Positions 50,393-63,032 of a stretch of 64,000 nucleotides of DNA are shown here, piece after piece. Position 1 is the stretch's first letter, and every line of letters starts with the position of its first letter. Source of the DNA: Lophium mytilinum (Eukaryota); assembly GCA_010093605.1 (NCBI GenBank), contig MU004181.1, positions 3,162,001-3,226,000 on the forward strand. Reading direction: 5' to 3'. The notes below the pieces were generated by a model that had not been told where the DNA came from, did not search any database, and worked only from the letters and a program-made list of their open reading frames with translations. Both the position numbers and the translations under genes were made by a program.

Positions 50393-53107
50393 TTAGGCCC
50401 ATTTTGGCCCCACGGACTGGCTGCTGCTACCGTCCAAGCCCCAGCCGCCAATGCTGTCTACGAACCCTTCGTCGGCGAGGTATTTTTGCGCGACTTCGCC
50501 GCGGACGGCGAGCTGTGCGCCTAGTCTCCAGGGCGTGTCTAGTTGGTCTACGATCACTTCGACGATTTGGAGCTGGGTGGGGTCGGTCAGTTCCACTTTC
50601 TTGAGGATTTCGTCGAGCTCGGTCTTGGTGGTTGCTCGATGGAATGACGACGCGGGGTTAGGGTGTTTGAAGAGTGGGAGAAGGGCGGAGTAGTCCGTTT
50701 GGACGATGTCGTTGTACGCTGCGATTGAATGTTAGGATACTGAAAGACTTATAAATATAGGATATAATGGTTACGCTTTCTTGCTCCCCATATCATTCTC
50801 TCTACGGTATATCCATTATCTACCAACGATGTCAATATGCTTGAAGATCGTTTAGTGCGGAGGGTTGCTCACTGTTGATAATGAAGATGATCGGCCGCTT
50901 CAGCTTCTGCTTGACCACGGTCCCAATCTCTTGCATGGTCAACGCAAGACTGCCATCGCCGGTGATCAAAATGGTTCTTCCAGGCGCCTGGTGTCGTTGG
51001 GTTTGCACTTCAGCCCTGGCGATCTCAACGCCTAGAAGGGCACCTGTCGCCCAGCCAATGCTGCCGTAGTAGATTTGATTGACGAATCTTCAGAGGATCA
51101 GCTATCGTGCGAAGGAGCAAGCCGTAGGGGTGTACCTACTGGATGTTTTTTGGGAATGTAACGTCGCAGAGCCCAAAGGTCGTGGTACCGGTCTCCCCGA
51201 TGACTACGTCGCCTCCTTTGAAAAACTCGGCGAACCTTGGCCAGATCCACGACTGGGTGATGTTCGTAGCGGCGTGGTCCTTGTGCTTAAACGGTGGAGG
51301 AAGCTGTGGGGTTTGACCCTCGTTCGAAGCCTTTCCATTCAGAGTCGAGGCAAGTTGCGCAATCAAAGGCTTGATGAATATGTTCGGATATGCCTGACCT
51401 TTAACCTGAAAATAATGTTACCCGTTAATTCGGCCAAGGTTTGTGTTTTACTTACGTTGACATCGTGCGGGTTAATGGTTATGCATTGATCCTCAGAGAG
51501 TTTCCTGGAAAAGCCCCCCGAGTTCGTATCCGCAGGCATATATCCCAAGATGAGCACAATATCGCTCGACTCACATGCTTCTGCTACTCCCGGGGAGCTG
51601 ATTTGGCCGTTGTACAGTCCAACATATTGAGGGTGGGTTTCGTCGATGATGCTTTTGCCCGAGTTGGTTGTGAAGACAGGCACTCGAAGACGGTCCACTA
51701 GTGCTTTCGTCTCTGCAACCACGGAAAAACGTTGGACAAAGGCATCTACAAGGATAGATGGCCTTTTGGCCTTTTCAAAAGCTTCTTTGATGGCGTTGAC
51801 TGCTAGATCTTGCGCTTTGGTATCCACAGGCATGGAGATGTCGATTGGTGTTTCCAACAAGCCAGCGGGCACTTCTTCAGCTACCATGTCCAGAGGTATG
51901 AATATGTAGCCCGGGCTTGATTGAATGAAGCATTCTCGAATAACTCGCTGTTGCGGTCAGACCCTTCCCCGGAAATGGCGAACTAGATTCACGTACGTCT
52001 ATCTCTTTTGGAGCTGTCTTTACATCCCACAGCTCCGCTGCTGCAGCTCGGAGGTGCTTCGATGTCTTGTTGTACACCTGGCCCAGGTCGTCAGTCTTCC
52101 GAAATGAGAAGGAAGGCTCACACGCGCCTTACTTGGTGATCTGGCTTATCGCCGATGGAATGATGGATCATCAGGTGGTTATCCTGCATTGGTCCTTTCT
52201 ATGGATTAGCGTAGTCTAGTAGATACTTCTGCGGCATTAGACGTACTAGTAGTTTGCCCAACGACGTGAATCAGCTTCACACGTTCGCAAAGTGCTCCCG
52301 CAACACCATTTAGCGCCGAAAGCTCCCCTGATCTGTAAGTCTAATTGCCAATCTGACACCATATGCTTGGTTTTGCGTACCAACTCCATGCGTCGTTACG
52401 ACTGTACAACGCTACGTCAATATCATGGACTAGTCGAGAGCCTGGTAATATAGCTCACATGCTCCTGGGACTCCCTTCACTCTTGCGTACCCATCTGCCG
52501 CATATGCCGCATTGAGTTCATTCTGGTTCCCCACTAGATTCATGTAAGCTCGTGATTGCTGTGCTCGAGTGACTTGGAAGTGACGGACCCCAGTTTAGCC
52601 CTTTGACTCTACAACGGTGCAGTATGCATTAGTAGGTATTCAAGATACGTGCGAGATATGACGGGTAATGAGAATCCGCCTCTTTCGTATAGCGTCTAGC
52701 ACGTCACAGTACATCACTATAAGCAGATGCCCCTGTGTGCTAGTTTACTACTGCCAAAGGCTCTCCATGGGTCTTGAACCCTTTCAAAGTGGTTGACGTT
52801 TGGCTTTGAACTCTTATAGAAGCCTTTCAAGTACCGGCAGGGAATTGGACATATGGACCTCACATACTCAAAGATATAGTCTAAAAGCTGAAGATTGAAA
52901 TCTCCTGGGACACCCTGAAACCATTCTGTAAACATGATCGTGTGACTTGGGACATAGGCTGTATGCTTTGTAACATACGAAAATGGTATCAACGCCAATC
53001 TGATGGATCCTGACAAACAGGTAAGCTCATGTTAGCACATGCCCTATGTATCAAGCTAAGCATTCCTACCTTTCCCATAAGTACCTGCCGAGCGTGACCG
53101 TAGCCAT
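50393..53107 (-). CDS. PDC: Pyruvate decarboxylase-family ThDP-dependent 2-oxoacid decarboxylase, about 13 introns
   Basis: FGVPGDFNLQLLD, VGNQNELNAAYAADGYARVKG, GVGELSALNGVAGA, YGSIGWA and the ThDP motif GDGSLALTMQEIG...IINN. Confidence 0.92.
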
Positions 53108-53676
53108 GGTGGGAAAAGACGAAGAATAGAATCGATGCTAGAGAGCTAAAAGAAAACGAATATGAAAGGATGTTCGAAAAATCAGAGGACAAAAGATAGA
53201 TGTACTGAACAGGTGGAAGTACGGCTTGCTGCGGAGAATTAGCGCGGCAGTCTGACGTAACGAGTCGAGTCAACCGTGGATCCTTTCTCGAGCGAGGTTT
53301 TAATCGAGAGAGTAACTGCGAAATGTAAGTAAAAGATGTCAGCATTTGGTAGTCAGCTGTCAATGGTACTCGGTAGGGCGTGAACGAGTGCCGAACCCCT
53401 CCCTGCAATGCTCAAGGTGCCTTGGTAGCTCTGCTTCTGGGAGCCTTGTTAATAGTCTTCGATAGAGATGATGAGAATGGTTGATGAAACGCTTGGAAGC
53501 ATATGGCGATACTCTCATTCAAGTGAGCATGCGTCCAGTCTGAATATGGTAACGAAAAGGCGCCTGTGGTGGAAGATGGAACGAGTCAGGGGTCATTAAG
53601 CTCCGCGTTTTCGTGACTCAAGCTTACTTCGACTTCATGTCTTACCCCGGATTCTAGACCTCAAATCCTCACCTCT

Positions 53677-55737
53677 ATGTCCACAATGCACATCTACAGT
53701 CTCCTAACGCTGGTTCCTGTGTTGTCACTTGTGAATGCAGCTTGCTACCACCCTTCCCCCGCCTTCCCCCTCCCTGAACTCGATCCATCGGATCCTATCC
53801 TCCGCGCGGCCTTTACACGAATAAACGCTGCTGCCTCCCTCCTGGTCGCCGCTCCAGAGTTTGATGGCCATTCATACTCCATCGAAGTAACCTCTTCGAA
53901 GCAATCGCTCTGGTCGGCACACCATACCGCTCGGGAGAAGAACAAAGATGGGCGTGGAGTTGATGAAGTGGACGGGGATACCTTGTATAGGATCGCGAGT
54001 ATCACGAAGACGTTCACGGTCCTGGGGCTACTATACGAGGCCGCAGCAGGTAATTTGAGCCTTGATGATACTGTGGACATGTATCTGAGCGATCTGAGTG
54101 GTAAAAGAGGCGGTCAGATTCCTTGGAAGGACATCACGTTGAGAAGTCTAGCAAGCCAATTGAGCGGTATACCAAGAGAATGTAAGCCTATCTCGCATAA
54201 TGCGAAACAGAATGCTCGAAATACTGCAAGCTGATCCACTTCTCACTCAGTTGCTCAATCTGACCTTTTGAATTCTCTGAAGGATCCAGCATCATGGGGG
54301 CTTCCTCCCGTGGATCGAAAAGGTCTTGTGAAATGCGACGAGTATGCCGATTATCATCCGTTCGTGAACCCCTCTCCCAACCCGTATCATGAGTGTTCTT
54401 GATATCGATAATCTGAGTTGCGTGAAAATTGGGTGTCAAACACGATCACAGTTGCCTGCAGGAAAACTGACGTCAGAAACATAACTTCTGTCCCAAAGCT
54501 CTTTTCAAAGCGGTGCTAATATTTACGCGCAATCCTACAGTCCCTGCGATGTCGAAGACCTAATTGATTCAATAACTTCCAAACCGCCACTATTCGCGCC
54601 CAACCAACGCTCCACATATTCAAATGTCGCTTTCGAGCTCCTTGGGCTTGTGATTGCCAACACGTCGCAGAGCTCGTACATATCCTATATACAAGAAGCT
54701 ATATTCAAACCCTTATCCATGTCACGCAGCGCACTCACCAAACCGCCGGACAGTCATGGGATCATACCAAATGGATTCCAATTTTGGGATATAGACCTGG
54801 GAGTCCAGGCGCCTACAGGAGCAATTTATTCATCGACTAGCGACCTCTCCAAGTTTCTCCGATATATCTTGAATCACTACAATGGCATTACGCATGCTAC
54901 GAACTGGCTACAACCCGCGAGCTGGGCGGAAGGTCTCCAGAGCTTTTATGGCATGCCTTGGGAGATCTTTAGGACTGATGAGATATTGGCTTCTAGGCGC
55001 CCTGTGACTTTTGCAACTAAAAGTGGTGGTGTAAGTTCTTGTTTCTGTTGCTTCCCTGCCATGGCGTCCTTTCTGCCTCTTCATTTTATATTTCTATCGT
55101 ATCAGAGAGTTGATTATTTCCTCAGCTACCAGGGTATTCCTCCCTTATCTTCTTGTTGCAGGAATACGACATCGGCATAACTATCCTTGATGCCGGGGGT
55201 CGCGCCCCATTACTCTTCAAGTTGCGCGACATCGTGACCGTTGAAGTGGTTCGAGCACTAGAAGAGGTTGCACTAAAGCAGCTAGAGCGCTACACGGGAG
55301 ACTTTGTTGCAACGGAACCAACTCTCAACTCTTCCCTCACGCTGAGTGTGGATCAGCATGGTCTCACTGTTACACACTTCGTCTCTAACGGCACGGACAT
55401 GCTGGATTCTGTAGTTCCAAAATTTCCAGGAATCGAAGGCCCTTGGAGGGCACAACTCACACCCACGCTGCTTTTCAGGGACGAGGCGAAACAAGAGGGG
55501 GAGTTATGGAGGCTCCAGGTGGTGCCGGAGAAGACGGAGGGCGGGTCTATCTGGGACAATTTTTGCGTTACCGATATTGACTCGCTCACGTATGGCGGCC
55601 TGCCATTACAGGAGTTTGTGTTCTGGGAAGATGATGAAGGGGTAGTCGAAGGCTTAGACTTGTCTGCTTTTAGGCTTAAGATGAGGCGGCAGGTTGACAG
55701 CACGGGTCAAGAAGATGCGCAGGCGGAACTGAGATAA
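53677..55737 (+). CDS. Secreted beta-lactamase-family serine hydrolase (D-peptidase-like), 3 introns
   Basis: Signal peptide, YRIASITK (SxxK), LASQLSGIPR, YSNVAF, YGMPWEI, KSG. Confidence 0.88.
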
Positions 55738-55860
55738 GCCCTCGGTATAGACTTCAAAATCGATGGCAAAAGGAAGCAGGATTGTTCTGGGTCTAAATCA
55801 GTATTACATTTACGTGCTCTACTTCATATTGAGACATTATTGGGATATACCAGAATGAGA

Positions 55861-55868
55861 GTCACGTG
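55861..55868. promoter_or_regulatory. GTCACGTG E-box upstream of the parvulin gene
   Basis: Same octamer as upstream of PRP45 and RPL4. Confidence 0.35.
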
Positions 55869-56021
55869 CGACTGAATATATATGTGCCAAGCCTTGACTC
55901 GTTCTCCAGGGCCAGGATCACGGAGTGGCTCCGGCCTTAGCTCCCGCCGCGTCTTCAACATCAACCTTAGGAAGACGGCACTGGACCTGTCTCTCCCTAA
56001 TATCGACTCTCTGAGCTAACG

Positions 56022-56481
56022 ATGCCACCCAAAAAGAAGGGTGAAAGCTCCGCAGGCGGCGGCAAGGGCAAAGCGAAGGATACCAGCACCGACAAAGCGA
56101 AGGAGAAGGGTGGAAGCAGCTCCGGGAAGCTCAAGCCAGCGACGAGCATCAACGTACGACACATCCTGTGTGAGAAGCACGGGAAGAAGGAAGAGGCGGC
56201 CACAAAATTAAGAGAAGGCGTCAAGTTTGATGAGGTTGCAAGAGAGTTCAGCGAGGACAAGGCGCGTCAAGGTAAGGAAGAGGGAATCTGGTCCGGCTGC
56301 GATTCAAGATGCTAAAGTCTACGCAGGTGGCTCCCTTGGCTGGAAAACCCGCGGTAGCCTACTTGCAGACTTCGAGAAGGCCGCGTACGAGCTGGAGCCG
56401 AGCACTACGGCGAATCCGAAATGGGCGGAAGTGAAGACGAGTGAGGGCTATCACATTATAATGGTGGAGGGTAGGAAATGA
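56022..56481 (+). CDS. PIN4: Parvulin-type peptidyl-prolyl isomerase (Par14/Pin4)
   Basis: [13 protein letters not shown]...[18 protein letters not shown]...[11 protein letters not shown]. Intron 56272-56326. Confidence 0.95.
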
Positions 56482-58180
56482 GCAGAGCAACAGCGTATAG
56501 CTGTGAATTAGACAGTCACATCCGTTGGGACATCTCGGAGCTCATGAGCATAAGGGAGCTCACAGGTCTGGATGCGACTGCTAGATCAGCCTGTGAGGGT
56601 CTTTATGAAGCTAACGAATCAAGAATCATGCACGAGATCGATCAGGGCATCTTGGCCTGCTATTGCAAACTGCGTTGGAGCTGTTTGTACTATTCGATAC
56701 GATTTAGCTTAATTCACATGGAGCGGTCCACAAGGTTAGCTTCTGCTCTCTACTATTTTACCAGGGAGAGTTTTCGCGCGAAACTGCACAAAGGTACGGC
56801 ATGCACATGTCGGAGGTCGCCGTCTTATTCTACTCTACATCTCGGTTGAACACAGTGTCTCAGAAAGTCTATTGAATTAGATTCGGATCAGGACGGGAAG
56901 AGCGATATAAATCAGCGGATGAGCGCACCACCTCACGAGCCATAGATTACTTTAGCAACGGATTGCGCTTCAACGCCAGAAGGTTTCCGATGCCGATTGG
57001 TGTTGCCGACTAGAGGTAAAAGTCGCAGCCAAGCAGCCACACAGTGATGGCGCAACTAACCTGGTCGTGATGTACCAAATTAGTTCAATAGCAACTCGCG
57101 ACGTTCGACTGATGCAGCTAACTACATCAAGGTCTACTCCGAGTCTAGAAAGTAGAGAGGGCGCGGTGCAGAGAGCAGATTGCGGCAATTGCTTTCGCTG
57201 CAGCCGCAAGCAAGGCTGATGATCTGAACGCTGATACGAGACAACGATGAAGAGACAGCCGGCAAGGAGGCGCTAGAAGAATTCTGGAAAAGCTTGGAAA
57301 ATGACAAGAAGTGAGGGCAAGGCGATACGAGCGAGGTCGATGAGGTGGCTGCAGGCGTGCATGCTGATAGCTGTGGCCGCCGTTACCCCGCAAGATGGTG
57401 TCTTGGTGCATGTCAGAAAAGCCACGCTGACTGAACCCAAGATACGAACCATGGAACCACAGGAACGCAAGTCGCTTGTTATGGACTAACATTCGTAGTA
57501 AGAGCAGTCAGACTTGTAGGGGAACAGCGTGCTGGAGTCGTCCCAGCACCCGGTCTGCCACAAGAGACGAGCGAGGCACGCAGCAATAGAATTCCCGAGG
57601 CGACCCCGCGCACGCCCAGGCGAGGTGACACGACAGGAAAGCCAGGCCCGACGGTTATCGCAGAGATTGACACGGGATTGGAGAGCATGGTGGCATTGCT
57701 CGCGGTGGTGGCGCCTGGGGGCCGACTTGCTGGACGAATTGCAAAATGAAGAAGCTCGGGACGTCTTCGGGACGGGCTGCATCACGCGCATCTCAGTGAC
57801 CTGGGCGGCGTCGACAACTTCTGGGCGACACACGTTGGACCAATCGTCCATCGTCTTCAAAGCCGCGGCCTACATTGCCAGCGCTCTCCGCCCCTTTGTT
57901 TGCCCACAGCTGACCTCACATGGCATATCAACCGAGTCCCCAGCTCGGGCCCCGGACTCCTCACGCTTCCCCGGACCGCCACACACCATGCCCGCCGTCC
58001 AGGGATCCTTTCATCGATCTGCGGTGCTTTCCCAATGGAGCATTCACGCCGCGGTAGGACGGCCAGTGTCTGCCCAGCCGGTGTTTGGGGAGGGGTGCCC
58101 ATGCACTCGTTGGTCAGGCCTACCAATTCTTTGTGCCCCACGACCAAGGGACCGTTGCTCGTGCACATCGCTGCCTCTCT

Positions 58181-58187
58181 TATATAA
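58181..58187 (+). promoter_or_regulatory. TATA box of the sugar transporter
   Basis: TATATAA about 160 bp before the ATG at 58342. Confidence 0.6.
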
Positions 58188-58341
58188 GTCCCATGTGCGC
58201 CGTAAACAGTGCTCTATCTCGCCTTATCTGCAACCCGCTGTGAACATTGCTCTGCAACACAAACCTTGCCCTTCTACCTTGGGTTCCCTGCCTTAGGTAG
58301 ACCTCAATCTCAAGTTCCTCGAAGCTGAACACACCGCAATC

Positions 58342-60258
58342 ATGCCAGGCGGAGCGGTTACTCTCGTTGGGGCCACCCGTGTCGATCGCGTAGAAGCCCC
58401 AGTGACGATCAAGGCGTACTTTATGTGCGGTACGTGATATTGACCCATTGGACTCAAGCTGTCCCTAATCTGGACAGCATTTGCGGCTTTCGGCGGTATC
58501 TTTTTCGGATATGACTCTGGGTACATCAACGGGTATGCTATATTGGCTTTCAAGCATTGGCCGATCTCTGATTGTCTTCAGTGTTATGGCAATGAATTAC
58601 TTCATCCGTGAGTTCCAAGGATTGCCTTACCCACCAGCAGGGGCCACAGAGGACGAAAAGAAGGTAAGACAGAACAACATCATTATATTTGATGAGAGTT
58701 GATCTAACATCTGCGTTTGAGTACTTCGTTCTCCCGTCCTGGAAAAAGAGTTTGATCACAAGTATTTTATCGGCCGGCACATTTTTCGGAGCGCTCATCG
58801 CCGGCGATCTGGCCGACTTCATTGGCCGTCGTCTGACCATCATCGGGGGCTGTGGGATCTTCATTGTTGGGGTCATCCTGCAAACTGCCTCCGCTTCTCT
58901 GGGTCTATTAGTTGCTGGTCGACTCATTGCAGGCTTCGGTGTTGGCTTCGTATCGGCGATTATCATTCTCTACATGTCCGAAATCGCTCCAAAGAAGGTC
59001 CGCGGTGCCATTGTGTCTGGCTATCAATTCTGCATTACAATTGGTATCCTGTTAGCGTCCTGTGTTGATTACGGGACGCAGAACCGCATGGGTTAGTACT
59101 CTGTCTTCACTGACATGTCTTCTTTTGAACCGAGCATGATAATAATGATGGTATTAGACTCTGGAAGCTACCGAATCCCTATCGCTATCCAGATGCTGTG
59201 GGCTATAATATTAGCGATCGGTCTCTTCTTTCTCCCCGACTCACCTCGATACTACGTGAAGCGGGGCAAGATAGATCTCGCTGCTTCAGTCCTTGCTCGA
59301 GTACGAGGCCAACCCGTTGACTCGGAGTTTATTCAGCAAGAACTGGCCGAGATTGTAGCTAATCACGAGTATGAGCTGCAAATCATTCCCCAAGGCAGCT
59401 ACTTCAATAGCTGGAAACAATGCTTCACGGGTGGCTTATCCACACCCAGCAGCAACCTTCGCCGTACGATCCTAGGTGCGTCGCTCCAGATGATGCAGCA
59501 GTGGACCGGTATCAATTTTATCTTCTACTTCGGAACGACATTCTTCAAGGACCTGGGCACTATATCGAATCCCTTCTTGATCAGCCTGATCACCACACTC
59601 GTCAACGTGTGCTCCACTCCCATCTCATTTTGGGCCATTGAGAGGGTCGGCCGTCGTCCTCTTCTCATCTGGGGTGCTGTTGGGATGTTTGTTTGTGAAT
59701 TCATAGTCGCCATCATTGGCGTCACAGATGGTGGCAACAAAGAGGCTATCAAGGCTATGATATCGTTCATTTGCATCTACATCTTCTTCTTCGCTACGAC
59801 ATGGGGTCCCGGCGCGTGGGTTGTCATCGGCGAGATCTTCCCTCTCCCCATTCGCTCTCGTGGTGTTGGAATTGCAACTGCCTCGAATTGGTTGTGGAAC
59901 TGCGTAAGCCTATCCAATACCTTTTGGCATGTATAAAAAGCTAACACATAACTAGATCATCGCAGTCATCACTCCTTACATGGTTGGAACAGACCGCGGA
60001 AATCTGGGTGCTCGCGTATTTTTCATCTGGGGCTCTCTCTGCGTTCTTTGCTGGATTTACGCCTACCTTTTGATTCCCGAGACCAAGGGCCTCACTTTGG
60101 AACAAGTCGACAGAATGATGGAAGAGACAACGCCACGGACATCGGCGAAATGGGTCCCAACGACCACGTTCGCTCAGGAAATGGGACTGACGGACAAGGG
60201 CACGCTCGATCCCGCTATTGTCGAGGATGTCGAGCGCAAGGGATCTGTTGGGGTCTAG
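58342..60258 (+). CDS. MFS sugar porter (high-affinity hexose transporter-like), 5 introns
   Basis: FGYDSG, DFIGRR, YMSEIAPKKVRG, PDSPR, QQWTGINFIFY, ERVGRR, PETKGLTLEQVD. Confidence 0.95.
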
Positions 60259-60917
60259 ACGGGAAATTGCTTCGTTGGCGAGAGTATGATCATAGCGCGT
60301 CTTGTTGAAGTACTTCAGATTGATGTGTTCTGTGAGCGTAACCACTACCAGTTTTGATATCACCATACATAATCAACGTCACGAGATTTTTTCATATTCC
60401 ATACCTGCAAACCATACGTTAGTCAATTCGCACAAAATCAACAGCGTCCCACTATCCTAAAAGACCTTCCTCAAACAGCATCCAGCTCCCAGCCACTTGG
60501 CTGCCGGTTGCGCCAATAAACACTCGCATATGCGACTGGAAAGACCTCACTTCCCTGCCCAGCTCATCACGCAACCCATCCCGTCTCATGCTCCACACTC
60601 ATGTCCCCAAGAACCAACCACGCCACTTACCCCAGATCCCCCTACCCGTCGCCCAGCCCAGCCCACAGCGCCAGCAGGGCATGCGCACCCGAGCTGCGGG
60701 CGAAGTGGCAAGGCGGGCGTGGATCATTGGCAGACGGCACGGACGGACTGGACGTCTGCGAGCTGGCCATGTGATGCTGCTGCGGGTGCTTTGTCTATCC
60801 ACGAGACGGGAGATCGGTTGGGCTGGTTGATTCTAGTCTGCGGTTCGAGGTTGCAATAAGTGTTGGGCGTGGCTTGCCAGTCCATGCGATGCAGTGTAAT
60901 GCTGTCATGTGCTTTGC

Positions 60918-60962
60918 TTGAGGGGAGATACATTGAGGGGAGATACATTGAGGGGAGATACA
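60918..60962. repeat. Perfect 15-bp tandem repeat, 3 copies
   Basis: (ttgaggggagataca)x3. Confidence 0.95.
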
Positions 60963-61422
60963 GCTAATGAGTGTGGCGGATGAGAATGGTTGCAGAGGGG
61001 GTGGAGCGGTCGAGCAGTCGAATAGAATATGTGAGGCTTCTTGCTAGGTTGAGTTCTCACGATGTGCACAGGCGAACTTATCTGGAGCCAGATTTAACCG
61101 TTATATAAGTAGGTGAGATTCAATGGTCCTGGAGGCTTGAAGGTGTGTTGCCAGGTCTCAAGTCACGTGGATAAACTCAACTATTCACTATTCTATATTA
61201 TGACAACAACCCAATCTACCCTTCACACAACAACGTACGTGGATTCAACTCCGAGTTTTCTATCTGAATATCCGTACTCGTGCCATTGCCTGTACCGTTC
61301 CTATATCTAACTGGCCATCGTCTTACATATCACTTGTCCGTCTCTATCTCGCGGCGTTGCTAGGAGACTATAGAAATGGATTTCAATCGTTTCTTTCCCA
61401 CCTGAGGCATATTTCACGCAAG

Positions 61423-62418
61423 ATGGCGACTACCAATTCAGATCGGCGACACCAACCGTGCTATCTCTTGCGCGACCACGGAATTCCTTGCGTAGTTTGG
61501 TTCGAGGATGCTATCGGCTACTATGGCGTCCCAACAGTTGTGTTCGATCTATACGTCCTCGTATCAGACATCGAGGCAGCCGCACAGGTGCTTACACAAA
61601 ATGGATGGACCCTCGTTCCTCAAGAGAAGGGCAAAATCGGAAATGCAAACGTAAAATGCGCACAGCGTCGTCTAGCACCACCATATGAAGATGTTCAAGA
61701 AGCAGAACTATCTGTCTCTTACCCACACATCTCTATGCCCCCACCACCATCTGAAGATAGTCACGAAGCAGAACTATCTGACCATCGCCCGCACACCTAT
61801 ATACCGCCACCACCAAGTACGAAACCTCCGGGACCGACGACTACCGTCCTTCTTCCAGCTGCAGACTGGAACTTCAACTTGGAAGGATACAGCCCAGAAC
61901 ATACAGAAACCCTGATTACCGCCGTCATTCCTCCATTAGCAGGCTTAGTAGACGCTCTGATCGACAGTCTGTTGGACTGCTCCTCTAATAATGGTATGCT
62001 TCGAGATCATCTCGCCGTTCAAATCGCCTATCTTTATAGCTGGGCCCCTGCGCTGCAAGAGCGGGCGTTCGCAGACCACTTGATGTATGAGCATCGTCAG
62101 TATCATTTCGATGTCCTGTCTGGAATGAGCCATGTCACAGTACCTTTCATCTCTCATCAAGGAAAGGTTCGAGAAGCATTACGGAAAGGGACACATGAGC
62201 TTCGAGATTGCTCCGCTCGAGACAACAAAGACTTGTTCAGTGGAGAATGGGAGGCACGAGTGTTAGCCTCGATGCCTAATCCTTTCCCTGAAGAGCAAGA
62301 AGATGGGAAAGTAGAAGATGGGTGGGAAATTTATGACCATGCAGAGGAGAATGAAAGCATGGCGAGCGGTTACACCAAGCCTGGCGGCTTGAGGGGTATC
62401 AATAGGCAAGGATTTTAA
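61423..62418 (+). CDS. Intronless hypothetical protein, possible nucleotidyltransferase-like fold
   Basis: 331-aa ORF with N-terminal VVWFEDAIGYYGVPTVVFDLYVLVSDIEAAAQVLTQNGW. Confidence 0.7.
   Translation: MATTNSDRRHQPCYLLRDHGIPCVVWFEDAIGYYGVPTVVFDLYVLVSDIEAAAQVLTQNGWTLVPQEKGKIGNANVKCAQRRLAPPYEDVQEAELSVSYPHISMPPPPSEDSHEAELSDHRPHTYIPPPPSTKPPGPTTTVLLPAADWNFNLEGYSPEHTETLITAVIPPLAGLVDALIDSLLDCSSNNGMLRDHLAVQIAYLYSWAPALQERAFADHLMYEHRQYHFDVLSGMSHVTVPFISHQGKVREALRKGTHELRDCSARDNKDLFSGEWEARVLASMPNPFPEEQEDGKVEDGWEIYDHAEENESMASGYTKPGGLRGINRQGF
61687..61818 (+). repeat. 66-bp (22-aa) in-frame tandem duplication
   Basis: EDVQEAELSVSYPHISMPPPPS / EDSHEAELSDHRPHTYIPPPPS; gaagcagaactatct appears twice, 66 bp apart. 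Confidence 0.88.
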
Positions 62419-63032
62419 GAGCTTTGATAGCCTGGAGACCGCCGTGCGGGATGACACAACGAGCACCATAAAATCGTCCGCGCGAAGCTGATAACGCCCA
62501 CTTCTTGCGAGAGCCCTCCTCACTTTTTTTTGGATCATCCGAAGAATTTTGACTAATACTTTTGCATTACCGACACCTCAGGTTCACGTTCAGCAGGGCT
62601 AACTAGACCGTTCCCAACACAGCCAACAAGGCCAAGAGCTCGTGCAACTATTTACAATGAAGCAAAAAGAGACAAAGATACACTGTAAGCCGCGGATCAA
62701 GCCCAGGCTACAATCAAAAGGATTTGCATCAGGACAAAAGGGGATATAGGTAGGATGCGAGGAGGACTGGCTCGCAGTAGGAAAACAAATGAACCCAGCG
62801 CTTCCGCCTCTACATCGAGATAGACGGAATAAGAACAAACATTAGAGGTCGTGACAAACTGGCTGCATTAAGGAGATTTGGCAGTCGGAGGGGATAGGAG
62901 GATAGACCAGGCAAACAAGGAACAGACAACACGGTTGACATTAGTGCGAAGTTCATGCACCTAGCTAAACCAATCAAAGCTTTTCGCTCTTAAGTTCGGA
63001 GACAGGAAGGGAATAGGGTCGCGAGCATGTCG

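Noticed and set aside
57529..58296. 255-aa ORF upstream of the sugar transporter
   Set aside because: GTG start, Arg/Pro-rich composition typical of spurious ORFs, and it overlaps the transporter's promoter and TATA box.
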